Notes: a model not told the origin generated them from the letters alone. Positions 12,954-24,422 are shown, numbered from the stretch's first letter. The stretch: 64,000 nucleotides of DNA from Octopus vulgaris (GCA_951406725.2 OX597827.1:38068001-38132000), one strand, 5' to 3'. Program-made: numbers and translations.

Positions 12954-13514
12954 TCTTTATATTAACACTTTTATGTGTCCTTACACTGATGGACACCCTC
13001 TACTCTCCAATATAGTACTATGTAAGATTCTTTTGTTACATGCCTGGTCCTTTTACTGTTCTTGCCGGTTGGTTTTCTTACTGTTGTCGACAGAACAAAT
13101 TTCATAATATTCAGTGTTACCTACCAACTATATTTTGCAACTATTGTTATTGAAACCACTGGTATTTGTGAGCAAATAACAAAAAGGGAAAAAATAATAA
13201 ATCCTGGAAACCCTTATTCTAATTACAAAGCACATGGCTCTGTGAAAACCCTTTACCAAATTATATTGTTGCAGACAATTCTGTTACAGTCTCGTCTCCG
13301 CTATTGTCTTTTGAAATGAACTGCCCCTTTTGTTAAAAAAAAAATTACTATGCACGTATATTTTATGCCAACTGTTCATATATGACAATGGAATTATTTT
13401 AAACATTTAGGCTGCAGTGACGAGTGGTTATTTACCTAAATTTAGGGATACGTTAGTTAAAAGTTAGCTCTACAACCACGTGGGCTCGGAGTTTATACAT
13501 AAAACCTTAAATTT

Positions 13515-14616
13515 TCAAAAATGTTTCAGCCCGAAAGCTGCAGCCATGCTGGGGCACTAGCGTTGAATGTACTACACTAGTATGTGAAACCACCTCTGAT
13601 ACGTGGCACTTGCTCAACAAGGGAGCTCAACCCTCCTGCTGAGAGGTAGGTTCATCTGGAACCCCTGACAAGAAGAGATCGAGTTTAGTTTTAAAGAAAC
13701 CCACATCCACACCATGCAGGTCTCTGAGGCATTTAGGAAAAATATTGAAGAGCTGTGGTCCCCTGAAACCCAAGCTGTTGCAGTATCTGGTCCTGTATTT
13801 TGATGGTGATGTTGGGATTTTTTTTTTAGCCCCATGAAGTGGCGCCCTGTTCTGCTGTTGGGGTAACTTTCAATGACAAAATTCGGGACAAGGCCCTCCA
13901 GGATTTTCCAGATGTATATCACTGAATATCGCTCCTGCCTTCGCTCCAGGGAGAAGAGTTTTAATATTTTCATGTCAGGGCCCAGGTCATGCACTGATTT
14001 TGACTCAGGAATTGCAGTTCTTCCTGGGCCAGTGTATCCAGTTTGCATGTTGTTCAGCTTTGTGTGCTGGTAGCGCAGGGCTTGGAACTTTCCTGCATTA
14101 AACTGCATGTTGTTGTCCTCAGCCAACCTGTATATTGTATCCAACTCCTGTTGCAGATGTGCAATATTTCCAGGGTTTTGTATTGTCTGAGAGAGTTTTG
14201 TGTCATCTGCATAGCTAGCAAGGGTGGCCATCTTAGCAACTGAGGGCATGTCTGAAAGGGCCACTATGAACAGCAGTGGCCCCAAGACAGTGCCCTGTGG
14301 AACACCACTTGTTATTTGTGTTTCCTTGGAGGTGGCTCCATTGGCCATCACTGCCTGCCTTCTAGCTTTTAGGAAGTTGTACAGCCATTCTCCAAGTTTT
14401 CTGCCTATGCCAAGATCATGCAGTTTGTGACAGATCATGCCATGGTTGACTTTATCAGAGGCTTTTGCAAAGTCAAGATATATCACATTCACACTCGAGT
14501 CATTTAGTAGCTGTTTTAACACTAAGTCATAGTGTTGCAGGAGCTGTGTTAGACAGCTTCTACCTGGTCAAAATCCATAGTGGGTCTCAGTCAGCAAGTC
14601 ATTTTCTTCAAGGAAC
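13515..14616 (-). mobile_element. 5'-truncated CR1-group (Jockey-superclade) LINE: RT fragment and 3' tail
   Basis: ORF 13614-14522 contains VIYLDFAKA.DKV.H, SGVPQGTVLGPLLF, YADDTK and SLERRQERY. The upstream segment YGF*PGRSCLTQLL carries a stop. An internal deletion and a frameshift are apparent. Confidence 0.92.
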
Positions 14617-14660
14617 ATGCATATATGTATATGCATATATATACATATACATGTATATAC

Positions 14661-14708
<48 letters not shown>

Positions 14709-14733
14709 TCATCATCATCATCATCATCATCAT
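14617..14733. repeat. (TA)n and (CAT)n microsatellites
   Basis: Read directly. The (CAT)n is the (ATG)n tail of the adjacent RTE element. Confidence 0.95.
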
Positions 14734-15796
14734 TGTTTAGCGTCCGCTTTCCATGCTAGCATGGGTTGGATGGTTTAACTGGGGTCTGGGATGCTAGAAG
14801 GCTGCACCAGGCCCAGTTTGATCTGGCAATGTTTCTACGGCTGGATGCCCTTCCTAACGCCAACCACTCCATGAGTGTAGTGTGTGCTTTTTACGTGCCA
14901 GATGAGTCTGGCAAACGGCCACGATCGGATGGTACTTTTTATGTGCCACCGGCACGGGGGCCAGGCGAGGCTGGCAACGGCCATGAACGGATGGTGCTTT
15001 TTACGTGCCACCAGCAAGTGGCCAGTCGGGGCGGCGCTGGCAACAGCCACGAAACGGATGGTGCTTTTTACGTGCCACCGGCACGAGGCCAGTCGGGGCG
15101 GCGCTGGCAACGGCCACGTTCTGATGGTTCTCTTACGTTGCACCGGCACTGGTAACTCAGCTGCAATTTCCTTTGATCGATTTCGATTCTGATTCTCACT
15201 TGCCTCAACAGGTCTTCACGAGTAGAGTTTTGTGTCCCAAGAAGGGAAGGTATGCATAAGTGGGCTGACTACATCCCATGTAGAAGGCCACGGGTTATGG
15301 TCTCACTTGTCCTGCCGGGTCTTCTCACGCACAGCATACTTCCAGAGGTCTTGGTCTCTAGTCATTTCCTCAGTGAGACCTAAAGTTCGAAGGTCGTGCT
15401 TCACCACCTCGTCCCAGGTTTTCCTGGGTCTGCCTCTTCCACAGGTCCCCTCAACCGCTAGGGTGTGGCACTTTTTCACACAACTATCTTCATCCATTCT
15501 CGCCACATGTCCATACCAGCGCAAACGTCTCTCTTGCACACCACATCTAATGCTTCTTAGGTCCAACTTTTCTCTCAAGGTACTTACACTCCGTCGGGTA
15601 TGAACACTGACATTACACATCTATTGGAGCATACTGGCTTCATTTCTTGCGAGCTTACGCATATCCTCAGCAGTCACGGCCCATGTTTCACTGCCATGTA
15701 GCATGGCTGTTCATACACACGCGTCATACAGTCTGCCTTTTACTCTATACGAGAGGCCTTTTGTCACCAGCAGAGGCAAGAGCGCTGCTGGTGACA

Positions 15797-15797
<1 letters not shown>
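14707..15797 (-). mobile_element. 5'-truncated RTE-clade LINE (ORF C-terminus, 3' UTR with ~65-bp tandem repeats, (ATG)n tail)
   Basis: RRLRWYGHVARM...GRGRPRKTWDEVVKHDL at 15303-15620. The tail ends GGACGCTAAAC-(ATG)n. Repeats of GGTGCTTTTTACGTGCCACC...GGCAACGGCCACGA lie at 14880-15150. Confidence 0.92.
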
Positions 15798-15859
<62 letters not shown>

Positions 15860-15861
<2 letters not shown>

Positions 15862-16158
15862 GGTCCCGGGTTGATTCGGGGTTAACCACAGTAAATAAGG
15901 TACTCAATACATAGCAGAGTAAAATTAATTTATTATATAGAAGGAGCTTCTACAGGACTAGAACTGTTTCATTCAAGAGAAATCTTCAGGAAGCTAGTTA
16001 ACAAGAATTGTATTGGCATTTATACATTTAGGCAGGTTTAAAGGGGTGCTGGTGGGGGACTATTTGGGGGTAGGCATAGCGCAAAAAAATCATACTTGGG
16101 GGAGTGGTCAAGGAGTCAGTGGTAAATTCTTCTATCTAATTTACCACTGACTCCTTGA
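15860..16158 (-). mobile_element. Penelope-like terminal repeat fragment between (TA)n tracts
   Basis: Contains a hammerhead motif followed on the minus strand by AATAAA, is flanked on both sides by (TA)n, and ends in a 21-bp foldback. Confidence 0.6.
15945..15995 (-). ncRNA. Type I hammerhead ribozyme motif
   Basis: Minus strand AGCTTC-CTGAAGA-TTTC.TCTT.GAAT-GAAA-CAG.TTCTAGTC.CTG-TA-GAAGCT. Stem I is 6 bp, the core is intact and the cleavage triplet is GUA. The base of stem II is a U-U mismatch. Confidence 0.7.
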
Positions 16159-16192
<34 letters not shown>

Positions 16193-16408
16193 TAGAGATA
16201 AAACCACTATTGGGGCAACTCAAGCAGTGATAGACATAAACTAATACATAAATAACAAAAAAATATAAATATAATTAATATAATATATATATATAAAATA
16301 TAAAATTTTAATTTTTATATTTTTTTTAATAACCAAAAAGTATAAAAAAAGATAAATATAATATGAGTAACTTTTCCCTGCAAGTTTGGATATAATCCCT
16401 AATATTGT

Positions 16409-16439
<31 letters not shown>

Positions 16440-16557
16440 GGTTGAGTACAGAAATTCGGGGTGAGTACTTGATAAATGTAAGCACCTGTATATACCGTTA
16501 GGTGGTGTAGGTGGTGGAGTAAAATGATCAAAATAAAAACATGATGCCAAGGATTCA

Positions 16558-16635
16558 GCAGTACATATGTTTCGGGCCTTTATTAGACAGATTTATAACA
16601 ATGCATAATGTATGTCTGTGGCCTTCTTCAGCCGC
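16558..16635 (-). ncRNA. Type I hammerhead ribozyme motif (left arm copy)
   Basis: GCGG-CTGAAGA-AGGCC...GGCCC-GAAA-CATATG-TA-CTGC on the minus strand. Confidence 0.75.
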
Positions 16636-16858
16636 GCACAACAACTTCTTCCACAAGGACATGTGTTACATCAAAAATTCTTGGTTGGGGATGCAAATCC
16701 TCTCATTCGCGTACGACATAATGCGGCAACAGCATAGAAGTGAAGCGTCCATCTCGTTATGCTGTTGCTGCATTATGTCGTACGCGAATGAGAGGATTTG
16801 CATCCCCAACCAAGAATTTTTGATGTAACACATGTCCTTGTGGAAGAAGTTGTTGTGC

Positions 16859-16936
16859 GCGGCTGAAGAAGGCCACAGACATACATTATGCATTGTTATA
16901 AATCTGTCTAATAAAGGCCTGAAACATATGTACCGC
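16859..16936 (+). ncRNA. Type I hammerhead ribozyme motif with minimal palindromic stem III
   Basis: GCGG(16859)-CTGAAGA-AGGCC...GGCCT-GAAA-CATATG-TA-CCGC(16936). Stem I is GCGG/CCGC and stem II is AGGCC/GGCCT with a long insert. ACATATGT is self-complementary and the triplet is GUA. Confidence 0.85.
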
Positions 16937-17514
16937 TGAATCCTTGGCATCATGTTTTTATTTTGATCATTTTATATATATATATATATATAATATTGTT
17001 GACATCATAAGAATTTATAAAGTTTCTAGATAACATGGAATAACTCTTTTTAGGAATTGGTTCTTGAAGTACACCTAAAACTATAAGTAATATCATATAA
17101 ATATTGGGTTGAAAAACCCTTTTTTGATAGGAAAAATCAAAGGCTGCCCCTATGAATCGAACCCACATCTCCTGTAGACATGACAAGCATTCTACTGTTG
17201 TATGAAAACAATCCTTCGAATTTTTTTTATCCATTTTAGAAACTGTATTCTCACCAGTGTCAATTGTATGCTTGTGTGGGTTGGATGGGTTAGCCAACTC
17301 TGAGTCAGTTCTTATTTATGTCCTCTTAGACAAATCAGAATACCATGTCTCTCACTTGTATATTACATTTTTGGCTTGTTTTCTACAGTTGCAGACATTG
17401 CAGTAATGATTTCCATCATTTGGGAGTAGATTAGACCCAGCTATACCCTGTTTTTTTTTTTTTCCTTCCGGAAGCCTTCTTATCTCCCTCAATACTGCAC
17501 ACCCTCAATTTAGG

Positions 17515-17729
17515 GGTCTTGTCTTGTGAGTTACCTAGAAACTTCACTGTCAGTGCTGCATGAAAGCACCCTGTACACACTGTAAAGTGGCTGGTATTAG
17601 AAAGGGTATCAAGCTGTAAAAATCATGCTAAAGCAGACATTTGAGTTTGGCATAGTCTTCTGGCATATCTACTTCTGTCAAACTGTCCAACCCCTGCCAG
17701 CATGGGATATGGATGTTAAATGATGATGG
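17515..17729 (+). mobile_element. Degraded RTE-type 3' tail
   Basis: Similar to the tails at 14707-14890 (minus strand) and 27350-27525. Ends GGATGTTAAATGATGATG. Confidence 0.75.
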
Positions 17730-17803
17730 AGAGAAAAATTTCATTTCAAATCACAAGTGTTAAACACATTGCCAAATTTCTTTTAGTAATATGTTTGATT
17801 ATT

Positions 17804-17838
<35 letters not shown>

Positions 17839-18019
17839 ATGTATGTGTGTGTGTAATGTAAAACAGATTGTATGATGCTTGTGTATGAACGGTTGTACTT
17901 CATTGTAGTGGGACAGGGACTCTAAATGCAGAAGACATGCATAAACTCGAGAGTAATGAAGCTAGTATGTTGTAATGCACATGTAACATAAATGTGCATG
18001 TACAATAAAGTGTAATAGA

Positions 18020-18915
18020 GATAAAGAAGTGTCAATCATTTAAAGTTGATGGCAAATATGGAAGAAGACATGGGATGAAGTAGTGAGGACTGATTACAAG
18101 ATGTTAGGCTTCACAGACTGAGATGTCTGGTTTTATGAGGTTCTTGAGAAGACCCACCCACCTCAGCAAAACTGAATTCTAGAAGTACTGTGTTACACCC
18201 ATATGTAACATTAAAAAGCTTTTCACACACCTTACCCTAATAAACGAAACTACATCTCCCCTTCGCCTCTTCCTCACTCCTGCAGCCCAGTTCTGTCCTC
18301 ACTGCCCCACCCACTGTATCATTGTGATCCTGTTTCCCTCCACCCAACCACTCTGTATAACCAAGGTTTCACTAGATGCTGCATTCCACCCTCCCCGCTT
18401 TGCATTCTCATGAATTCTCTACTCATGCACCCTTAGCAATGCTCTACCATCCAATTTGTATTCTCATCTCTATACCTTAAGAGTATCTCCTGGCATATCA
18501 CCACCATCTCTCTCAATCTCGTTCTCTTCCACTCTTGTTTTCCCTCATTCTCAATTACTCTCTCTATCTCTCTCTCTCCAACAATGGTAACCATATATCT
18601 CTTCTACAGCAAGACACCTGCTTCTGACCCTCTTTTATACTCTAATCCCTCATCACCAGGCACAAAGGGACATCCTTCAATACCATCCCACCTCTCAGAG
18701 GACTTTTGTCTTGCAAGTTACTTGGTAACCTCACTGGTGTTGGTGCCACATAAAAAGCATTCAGTCCACATTGTAAAGTGGTTGGCATTAGGAAGAGCAT
18801 CCTGCTGTAAAAGCCATATGCAAAGTAGACCTTACCAGTGCTGGTGCCATGTGAAAAGCATTCAGTTCACATTATAAAGTGATTGGCATTAGGAAAGGCA
18901 TCCAGCTGTAAAAAC
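18020..18915 (+). mobile_element. Old RTE LINE remnant, interrupted by the Gypsy element (tail resumes at 23237-23345)
   Basis: Degenerate 'RKTWDEVV' coding at about 18060-18090. The 3' tail GGCATTAGGAAAGGCATCCAGCTGTAAAAAC|CATGCC is split by the LTR element. Confidence 0.7.
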
Positions 18916-19329
18916 TGTAGTGATGCTACTGTGTAGGGTTCAGCGCGCATGCGCAGAATGGGACTACTTCCGGGTGGCCACCGGAAGTCTTCCCCATGCA
19001 CATGTGCGGGAAACGATCCCTAAGGCCCGCTAAACTCGATTCATTCTCTCTGGCCGTCAGCCCTCGTGAACAGACGTGCATTCGTAGACTCTGATAATTA
19101 CACCGACTTAGCCGCGGACGACATCGAACCACTTCAACCAACGAACAAGAAGCTGTACAACAGATTCGGCTGTCGTTTTCCCATCAGATATACGTACACC
19201 ATCGCAATTAATAAACAAACTGCTGTCTTTCACCGATAACCTGACTTCGTCTGTTATATCTTACTAAATTGTATGTGACGGGATCGGATCGACACCCTTT
19301 CAGTGATACCGATACCAGATCCTGTTACA
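18916..19329 (+). repeat. 5' LTR
   Basis: TGTAGTGATGCTAC...CCTGTTACA, about 6 differences from the 3' LTR by eye, with AATAAA at about 19210. Confidence 0.97.
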
Positions 19330-19331
19330 AT

Positions 19332-19341
19332 TGGTGACCCC
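19332..19341 (+). promoter_or_regulatory. Primer-binding site, tRNA-Trp type
   Basis: TGGTGACCCC lies 2 nt after the LTR and is complementary to the 3' end of eukaryotic tRNA-Trp (..GGGGUCACCA). Confidence 0.8.
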
Positions 19342-19709
19342 AAGTAGAAAAAAAAAGAACAGAAGACGCAGCGAACAGGTTTTACCAGATAGAGCACTGA
19401 ACACTGTTTCATTTTTCATTTTTCTTTTCCCTTCAGGACGGCGAGGTGGGTACAAACAAAAGCTTCGTTCATCGCACTCAGTACACTGAAAAAAAAAAAA
19501 AGAAAACACACACATTTTTTTTCTTTTCTGTACCTTTGTTTTCCTTTGTGCACACACACACTTATTTTTTACTACCCACGAGGTGCACTCACACACACAC
19601 CAGTACACAAAACACCATTTTGATTTGCTTTGTCGGTTCTACGTGTTCTCTCTCCATTTCTCCTTCATACCTTCTGCCCCTCCTGACAGACGATCCTTCC
19701 GACAAAAAC

Positions 19710-19866
19710 ATGGCTGCATCAGGTTTGCCTTCATTCACGGGGGATGTGGGTCTGTGGTTTGCCCAGGTGGAGTGGTATTTTGACGCACATGCCATTTCTC
19801 CACAGCAGCAGTTACATCTGCTATACTCCAGTTTACATCCCCGACTCGCCACATCGGTCAGGGAGT
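19710..19866 (+). pseudogene. Gag N-terminal fragment
   Basis: MAASGLPSFTGDVGLWFAQVEWYF matches the Gypsy gag motif 'P.F......WF.QVE..F'. It breaks off after about 52 codons. Confidence 0.8.
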
Positions 19867-22690
19867 TCCACCAATGCGGTCCTTAGCCCGACATTCTTTG
19901 TTGCCACCTCTGGAGACGCTTTTCACTCTCTTTTTGCTTCATTTCCGGAGCTATTGGACATTGCCTTTCAACCGGAAAAGCCTACCCACTCGACCCTTCA
20001 TTTTATCACCACCACTGGGCCGCCTGTTTTTTCGCGCCCACGGCGCCTTGCGCCTGACCGTCTACAGACGGCTAGGGCCGAGTTTGAGCACATGCTTCAA
20101 CTTGGCCTTATACGCCCCTCCACCAGCCCATGGGCGTCTCCCCTTCATTTGGCGCGAAAGGGTGAGTCTGATTTTCGCCCGGTTGGAGACTATCGACGCC
20201 TCAATGCCATAACAATAGCCGACAGATATCCAATCAGAATTATACAGGACTTTACGGCAAATTTCCATGGTTGTACCATTTTTTCGAAGGTCGACCTTAT
20301 ACGCGCGTACCATCAAATACCAGTCAACCCAGCCGACGTTCCGAAAACTACGATCACTACCCCCTTTGGGTGTTTTGAGTTTTTGTATATGAGTTTCGGT
20401 TTGCGGATGCCAACTAGCACTTTCCAGCGTTTCATTGATGAGGTTGTCCGCGGTCTTGATTTTGTGTTTGCCTATGTCGATGATATACTCATTGCGAACG
20501 ACACACGTGAAAATCATCTCCAGCACCTTTCTCAGCTTTTTCAGCGTCTTTGCGCTTATAGTATACGTATAAATTCCGACAAGTGTGTTTTCGGACGCTC
20601 TTCTCTAGATTTTCTAGGCCATCATATTGATTCGAGAGGAATCAGCCCTCTGTCGTCAAAGGTCGATGCCATTCAACGCATCGCACCCCCCACTTCCTTG
20701 CGCAAGCTCAGGCATTATCTAGGGATGATCAATTTCTACAAACGTTTTATTCCCGGTTGTGCAGACAAGCTACTACCTCTCACCAGGCTATTAAAGGACA
20801 CTCCAAGAAAGGACGGTCAAGTCACCCTCTCTGTTGAGGCACTGACAGCCTTTGAGTCCATTAAGAAGGAGCTGGCTTCTGTTTCTTTGCTTGCACATCC
20901 GGTTCCTGGTGCTTCTCTCTCTTTGACTGTAGACGCATCGGACACTGCGATTGGCGCTGTGTTACAACACACAGTGGATGATCATATTCGACCTCTGGCT
21001 TTCATTTCCCGTCAACTGCAACCAGCTGAACGACGATACAGCACCTTTGATCGTGAGCTCCTAGCGATCTATCTATCGGTTCGTCATTTCCAGCATCAAC
21101 TTGAAGGGCGAGATTTTGTGATCTATACGGATCACAAGCCCCTTACGTTTGCCCTGTGTTCAAAAACGGACAAACTCTCACCTCGTGCCTTCCGGCACCT
21201 GGATTTTATCTCTTAATTCACTAGTAACATTCGACACATACCTGAAAAAGAGAACGTTCCTGCTGACGCTCTCTCTCTCGCCTTCCAGTCTGCGCCCTTT
21301 CGTCTCCTGCTGCTATCGACTTAGCTGCCATCTCGCAGGAGCAGCCACCTTTGGCGTCGTTAGACTTAACTTCTCCCAAGTTCTCCTGTTGCCAGTTTTC
21401 CTACCTTCCGCTTCTGTCGGCCGAAGGCACCATTCTCGGTGATACTTCCACTGGTTCTCCCAGGCCACTCGTGCCTGAGAACCATCAACGCTCAGTGTTT
21501 GAAGCACTGCACTCCTTATCACATCCTGGCATCGCTGCCACCCTTAAACTAATCACTGCTCGGTTTTTCTGGCCGAATATGCGTCGCACTATTACTTCTT
21601 GGACACGCACCTGCTCCAAGTGTCAACGGTCCAAGATTCAACGGCACATTCGTGCCCCGTTTGGACATTTTCCCCCCTACGGAGGCCCGTTTTCGCCATG
21701 TCCACATTGATCTGGTTGGACCATGGCCTGTGAGTAGCGGGTTTTCTTATCTGTTAACTTGTGTCGATCGTTTCTCCCGCTGGCCAGAAGCCATTCCGAT
21801 AGCAGACATTTCTGCTGAGACTGTTGCGCGAGCTTTCGTTTCAAACTGGATTTCCCGCTTCGGAGTCCCGTCCTGATTGACTACTGATCGTGGACGTCAG
21901 TTTGAAGCCTTGCTATTTCGCGAATTGTCGCGCATTTTAGGTGTGCACCATATCCACACTACTAGCTACCATCCAGCGTCTAATGGATTAGTTGAGCGGT
22001 TCCATAGACAGCTCAAGGCCGCTCTTCGTGCCTCTTCAGATCCACAGTCCTGGATTGAATTTCTGCCCATTGTGCTTCTCAGTTGTCGGACTGCTGTCAA
22101 GGCAGACCTGGGGTTTTCTGCTGCGGAGCTGCTGTATGGTACCACACTGGCATTGCCTGGTACGATGTTGGTGCCAGACACTTCCCAGCCCCATGATCCG
22201 GCGACCTATGTCACCAGACTGCGTGCCTATTTTTCGAACCTTCCACCCATGGTTCCCAGGAAGCAATCTCTCACCGGATATGGACACTTGGTCGCATGTT
22301 TTTGTTCGGGACGACTCTGTGAAGGGGCCACTTGTTTCTCCCTATAAAGGAACTTTCCGTGTGCTTTCTCGCACACTAAAGGTTTTCACTATCGAGATAA
22401 ATGGTCATTCGGAGACCGTTTCCGTGGACCGATTAAAAAAGCACATTTTGAGACGTCTTCATCTTTTGATGACAACCTTGCCACACCCACCTATGCACCT
22501 TTAACAACACCTTCACCTGCACAAACACCTTCACCTGCACAAACACCTTCACCTGCACAGACGCATTTGCCTTCACCGGCTCCTACACCACCCTCGCCGT
22601 CAACGGGTGCCCCGAGCACACCGTATGTTACAAGATCGGGCAGCACAGTGCATTGGCCCAAGAAACTTTCAAAGACAATCTATATTTAAC
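19867..22690 (+). pseudogene. Gypsy pol (RT, RNase H, integrase) with stops and frameshifts
   Basis: RT motifs SPWASPLH, DYRRLN, DL.RAYHQIP and YVDD. RNase H motifs VDASDTAIGAVL and DRELLA. Integrase motifs [35 protein letters not shown] and PYKGTF. Stops at 21214 and 21874, frameshifts near 21280, 21670 and 22270. Confidence 0.96.
22506..22559 (+). repeat. 3 x 18-bp tandem repeat (TPSPAQ) in the integrase tail
   Basis: AACACCTTCACCTGCACA occurs three times. Confidence 0.9.
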
Positions 22691-22810
22691 TTTCTTTCAA
22701 ATTTCTTGTTTTTGTATGATATTATGTACCAAGTTTTCTGGGGGATCGGCAAGCCATCTGTTTTTCTGCAGCACCACCACAAATTTTCTTGTTGTCGTAC
22801 TTCCGCACTC

Positions 22811-22819
22811 GAGGGGGAG
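22811..22819 (+). promoter_or_regulatory. Polypurine tract
   Basis: GAGGGGGAG lies 3 nt before the 3' LTR. Confidence 0.85.
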
Positions 22820-22822
22820 CCT

Positions 22823-23236
22823 TGTAGTGATGCTACTATGTAGGGTTCAGTGCGCATGCGCAGAATGGGACTACTTCCGGGTGGCCACCGGAAGTCTTCC
22901 CCATGCGCATGTGCGGGAAACGATCCCTAAGGCCCGCTAAACTCGATTCATTCTCTCTGGCCGTCAGCCCTCGTGAACAGACGTGCATTCGTAGACTCTG
23001 ATAATTACACCGACTTAGCCGCGGACGACATCGAACCACTTCAACCAACGAACAAGAAGCTGTACAACAGATTCGGCTGTCGTTTTCCCATCAGATATAC
23101 GTACACCATCGCTATTAATAAACAAACTGCTGTCTTTCACCGATAACCTGACTTCGTCCGTTATATCTTACTAAATTGTATGTGACAGGATCGGATCGAC
23201 ACCCTTTCAGTGATACCGATACCAGATCCTGTTACA
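22823..23236 (+). repeat. 3' LTR
   Basis: Direct repeat of 18916-19329 with the same length. Confidence 0.97.
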
Positions 23237-23904
23237 AAACCATGCCAAAACAGACAGTGAGGCTTTGTGTAGTCCTCTGGCTTGCCAGCTCCTGTTGAGC
23301 TGTCCAACACATTGGCATGGACAAATGGATGTTAAATGATAATGATATATAATCCAAATAAGAGAAAGAAAGACTTTGACACATCTTTAATGATCAGTAC
23401 CAACTCTTTTCTGTACCAACTCTGCTTTGAATGCCAGTTTATGCAAAAGTTCAAAGTGAAAATTTATGTAATATTTGTGATCTTAGACATTAGAGTAGCA
23501 CTTTCTCAGACCTTTATCAAATGTGCACTTTTACATGGTGTGTCTGCCAGACTTTGCATTTTGCTTATATCAGGAAGAAACAAAAAGTAAATAAAAGCAT
23601 GGTTAGGAGATGAAAGAAAAAAATGATGACGAAAGAGGACAAGAACATTAAGAAGTTAAAGATGGAGAATTGGTAGAAGCAGAAGAAAGAGAAAGCTAAA
23701 CAAATAGTTGAATGGTAGAAGTGAGTTAGTGTTTACAATTACAAGTAAACCGACAGACGCCAGTATCAAATTACAATTGATGGGTGAAAAATCATTTCAG
23801 TTTAGTACAAGCGACAAAATTAAAAAGGCTAAAAGGGAAAGAAGGATGAAATTAAAAACAATAGCAATACTAATAATAGGAAAAGGATAATCCTTACTAC
23901 TAAA

Positions 23905-24078
23905 TTATGGGGGAATGGACTAGTTGATTATATTGATCCCAATGTTTCACTGGTACTTAATTTATTGACCTCGAAAGGATGAAAGGCAAAGTCAACCTTG
24001 ATGGAATTTGAACTCAGAATGTAAAGACACAAAGCATTTTGCCTGGCATGCTAACGATTCTGCCAGCTCACTGCCTTG
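23905..24078 (-). mobile_element. tRNA-derived SINE
   Basis: The reverse complement begins GGCAGTGAGCTGGCAGAATCGTTAGC and contains a B-box GAGTTCAAAT and the core TTTGCCTTTCATCCTTTCGAGGTC. Same family as 28581. Confidence 0.85.
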
Positions 24079-24159
24079 ATAATAATAATGATACTATTAA
24101 TAATAAAGACAATAATACTAGTATTATAAATAATGACAATAGCAATGATAATAATTCTT

Positions 24160-24359
24160 TCTACAAGGCCTGAAATTTTGGGTAGGGGTCTAGTTGATTA
24201 CATTGACCCCAGTGTGTGACTGGTACTTATTTTATCAACCCCAATAGGATGGAAGACAGAGTCGACCGGGGCGGAATTTGAACTCAGACTGTAAGGCAGG
24301 AAGAGATACCACTAAGCATTTTGCCTGGCATGCTAATGATTCTGCTAGCTCTCTGCCTT
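24160..24359 (-). mobile_element. tRNA-derived SINE
   Basis: Same family as above, adjacent to an (AAT)n tract. Confidence 0.85.
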
Positions 24360-24366
24360 AACAACG

Positions 24367-24367
<1 letters not shown>

Positions 24368-24422
<55 letters not shown>
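24368..24422. repeat. (AAT)n microsatellite
   Basis: Read directly. Confidence 0.97.

Larger units (their letters stand above)
16520..16974. repeat. 455-bp palindrome (217-bp arms, 21-nt spacer), probable inverted Penelope-like terminal repeats
   Basis: 16520-16736 is the reverse complement of 16758-16974 with about 3 mismatches. The ORF track gives mirror-image ORFs on the two strands. Confidence 0.95.
18916..23236 (+). mobile_element. Gypsy/Ty3 LTR retrotransposon, internally deleted and non-autonomous
   Basis: Two 414-bp LTRs (TGTA...TACA), a 4-bp TSD AAAC (18912-18915 and 23237-23240), PBS, PPT, and domain order RT-RNase H-integrase. Confidence 0.97.

Noticed and set aside
16541-16953. 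Two mirror-image 95-aa ORFs
   Set aside because: They are a by-product of the palindrome and show no protein motif.
16950-17297. 115-aa minus-strand ORF as a host exon
   Set aside because: No recognisable domain or convincing splice sites, and it runs into (TA)n.
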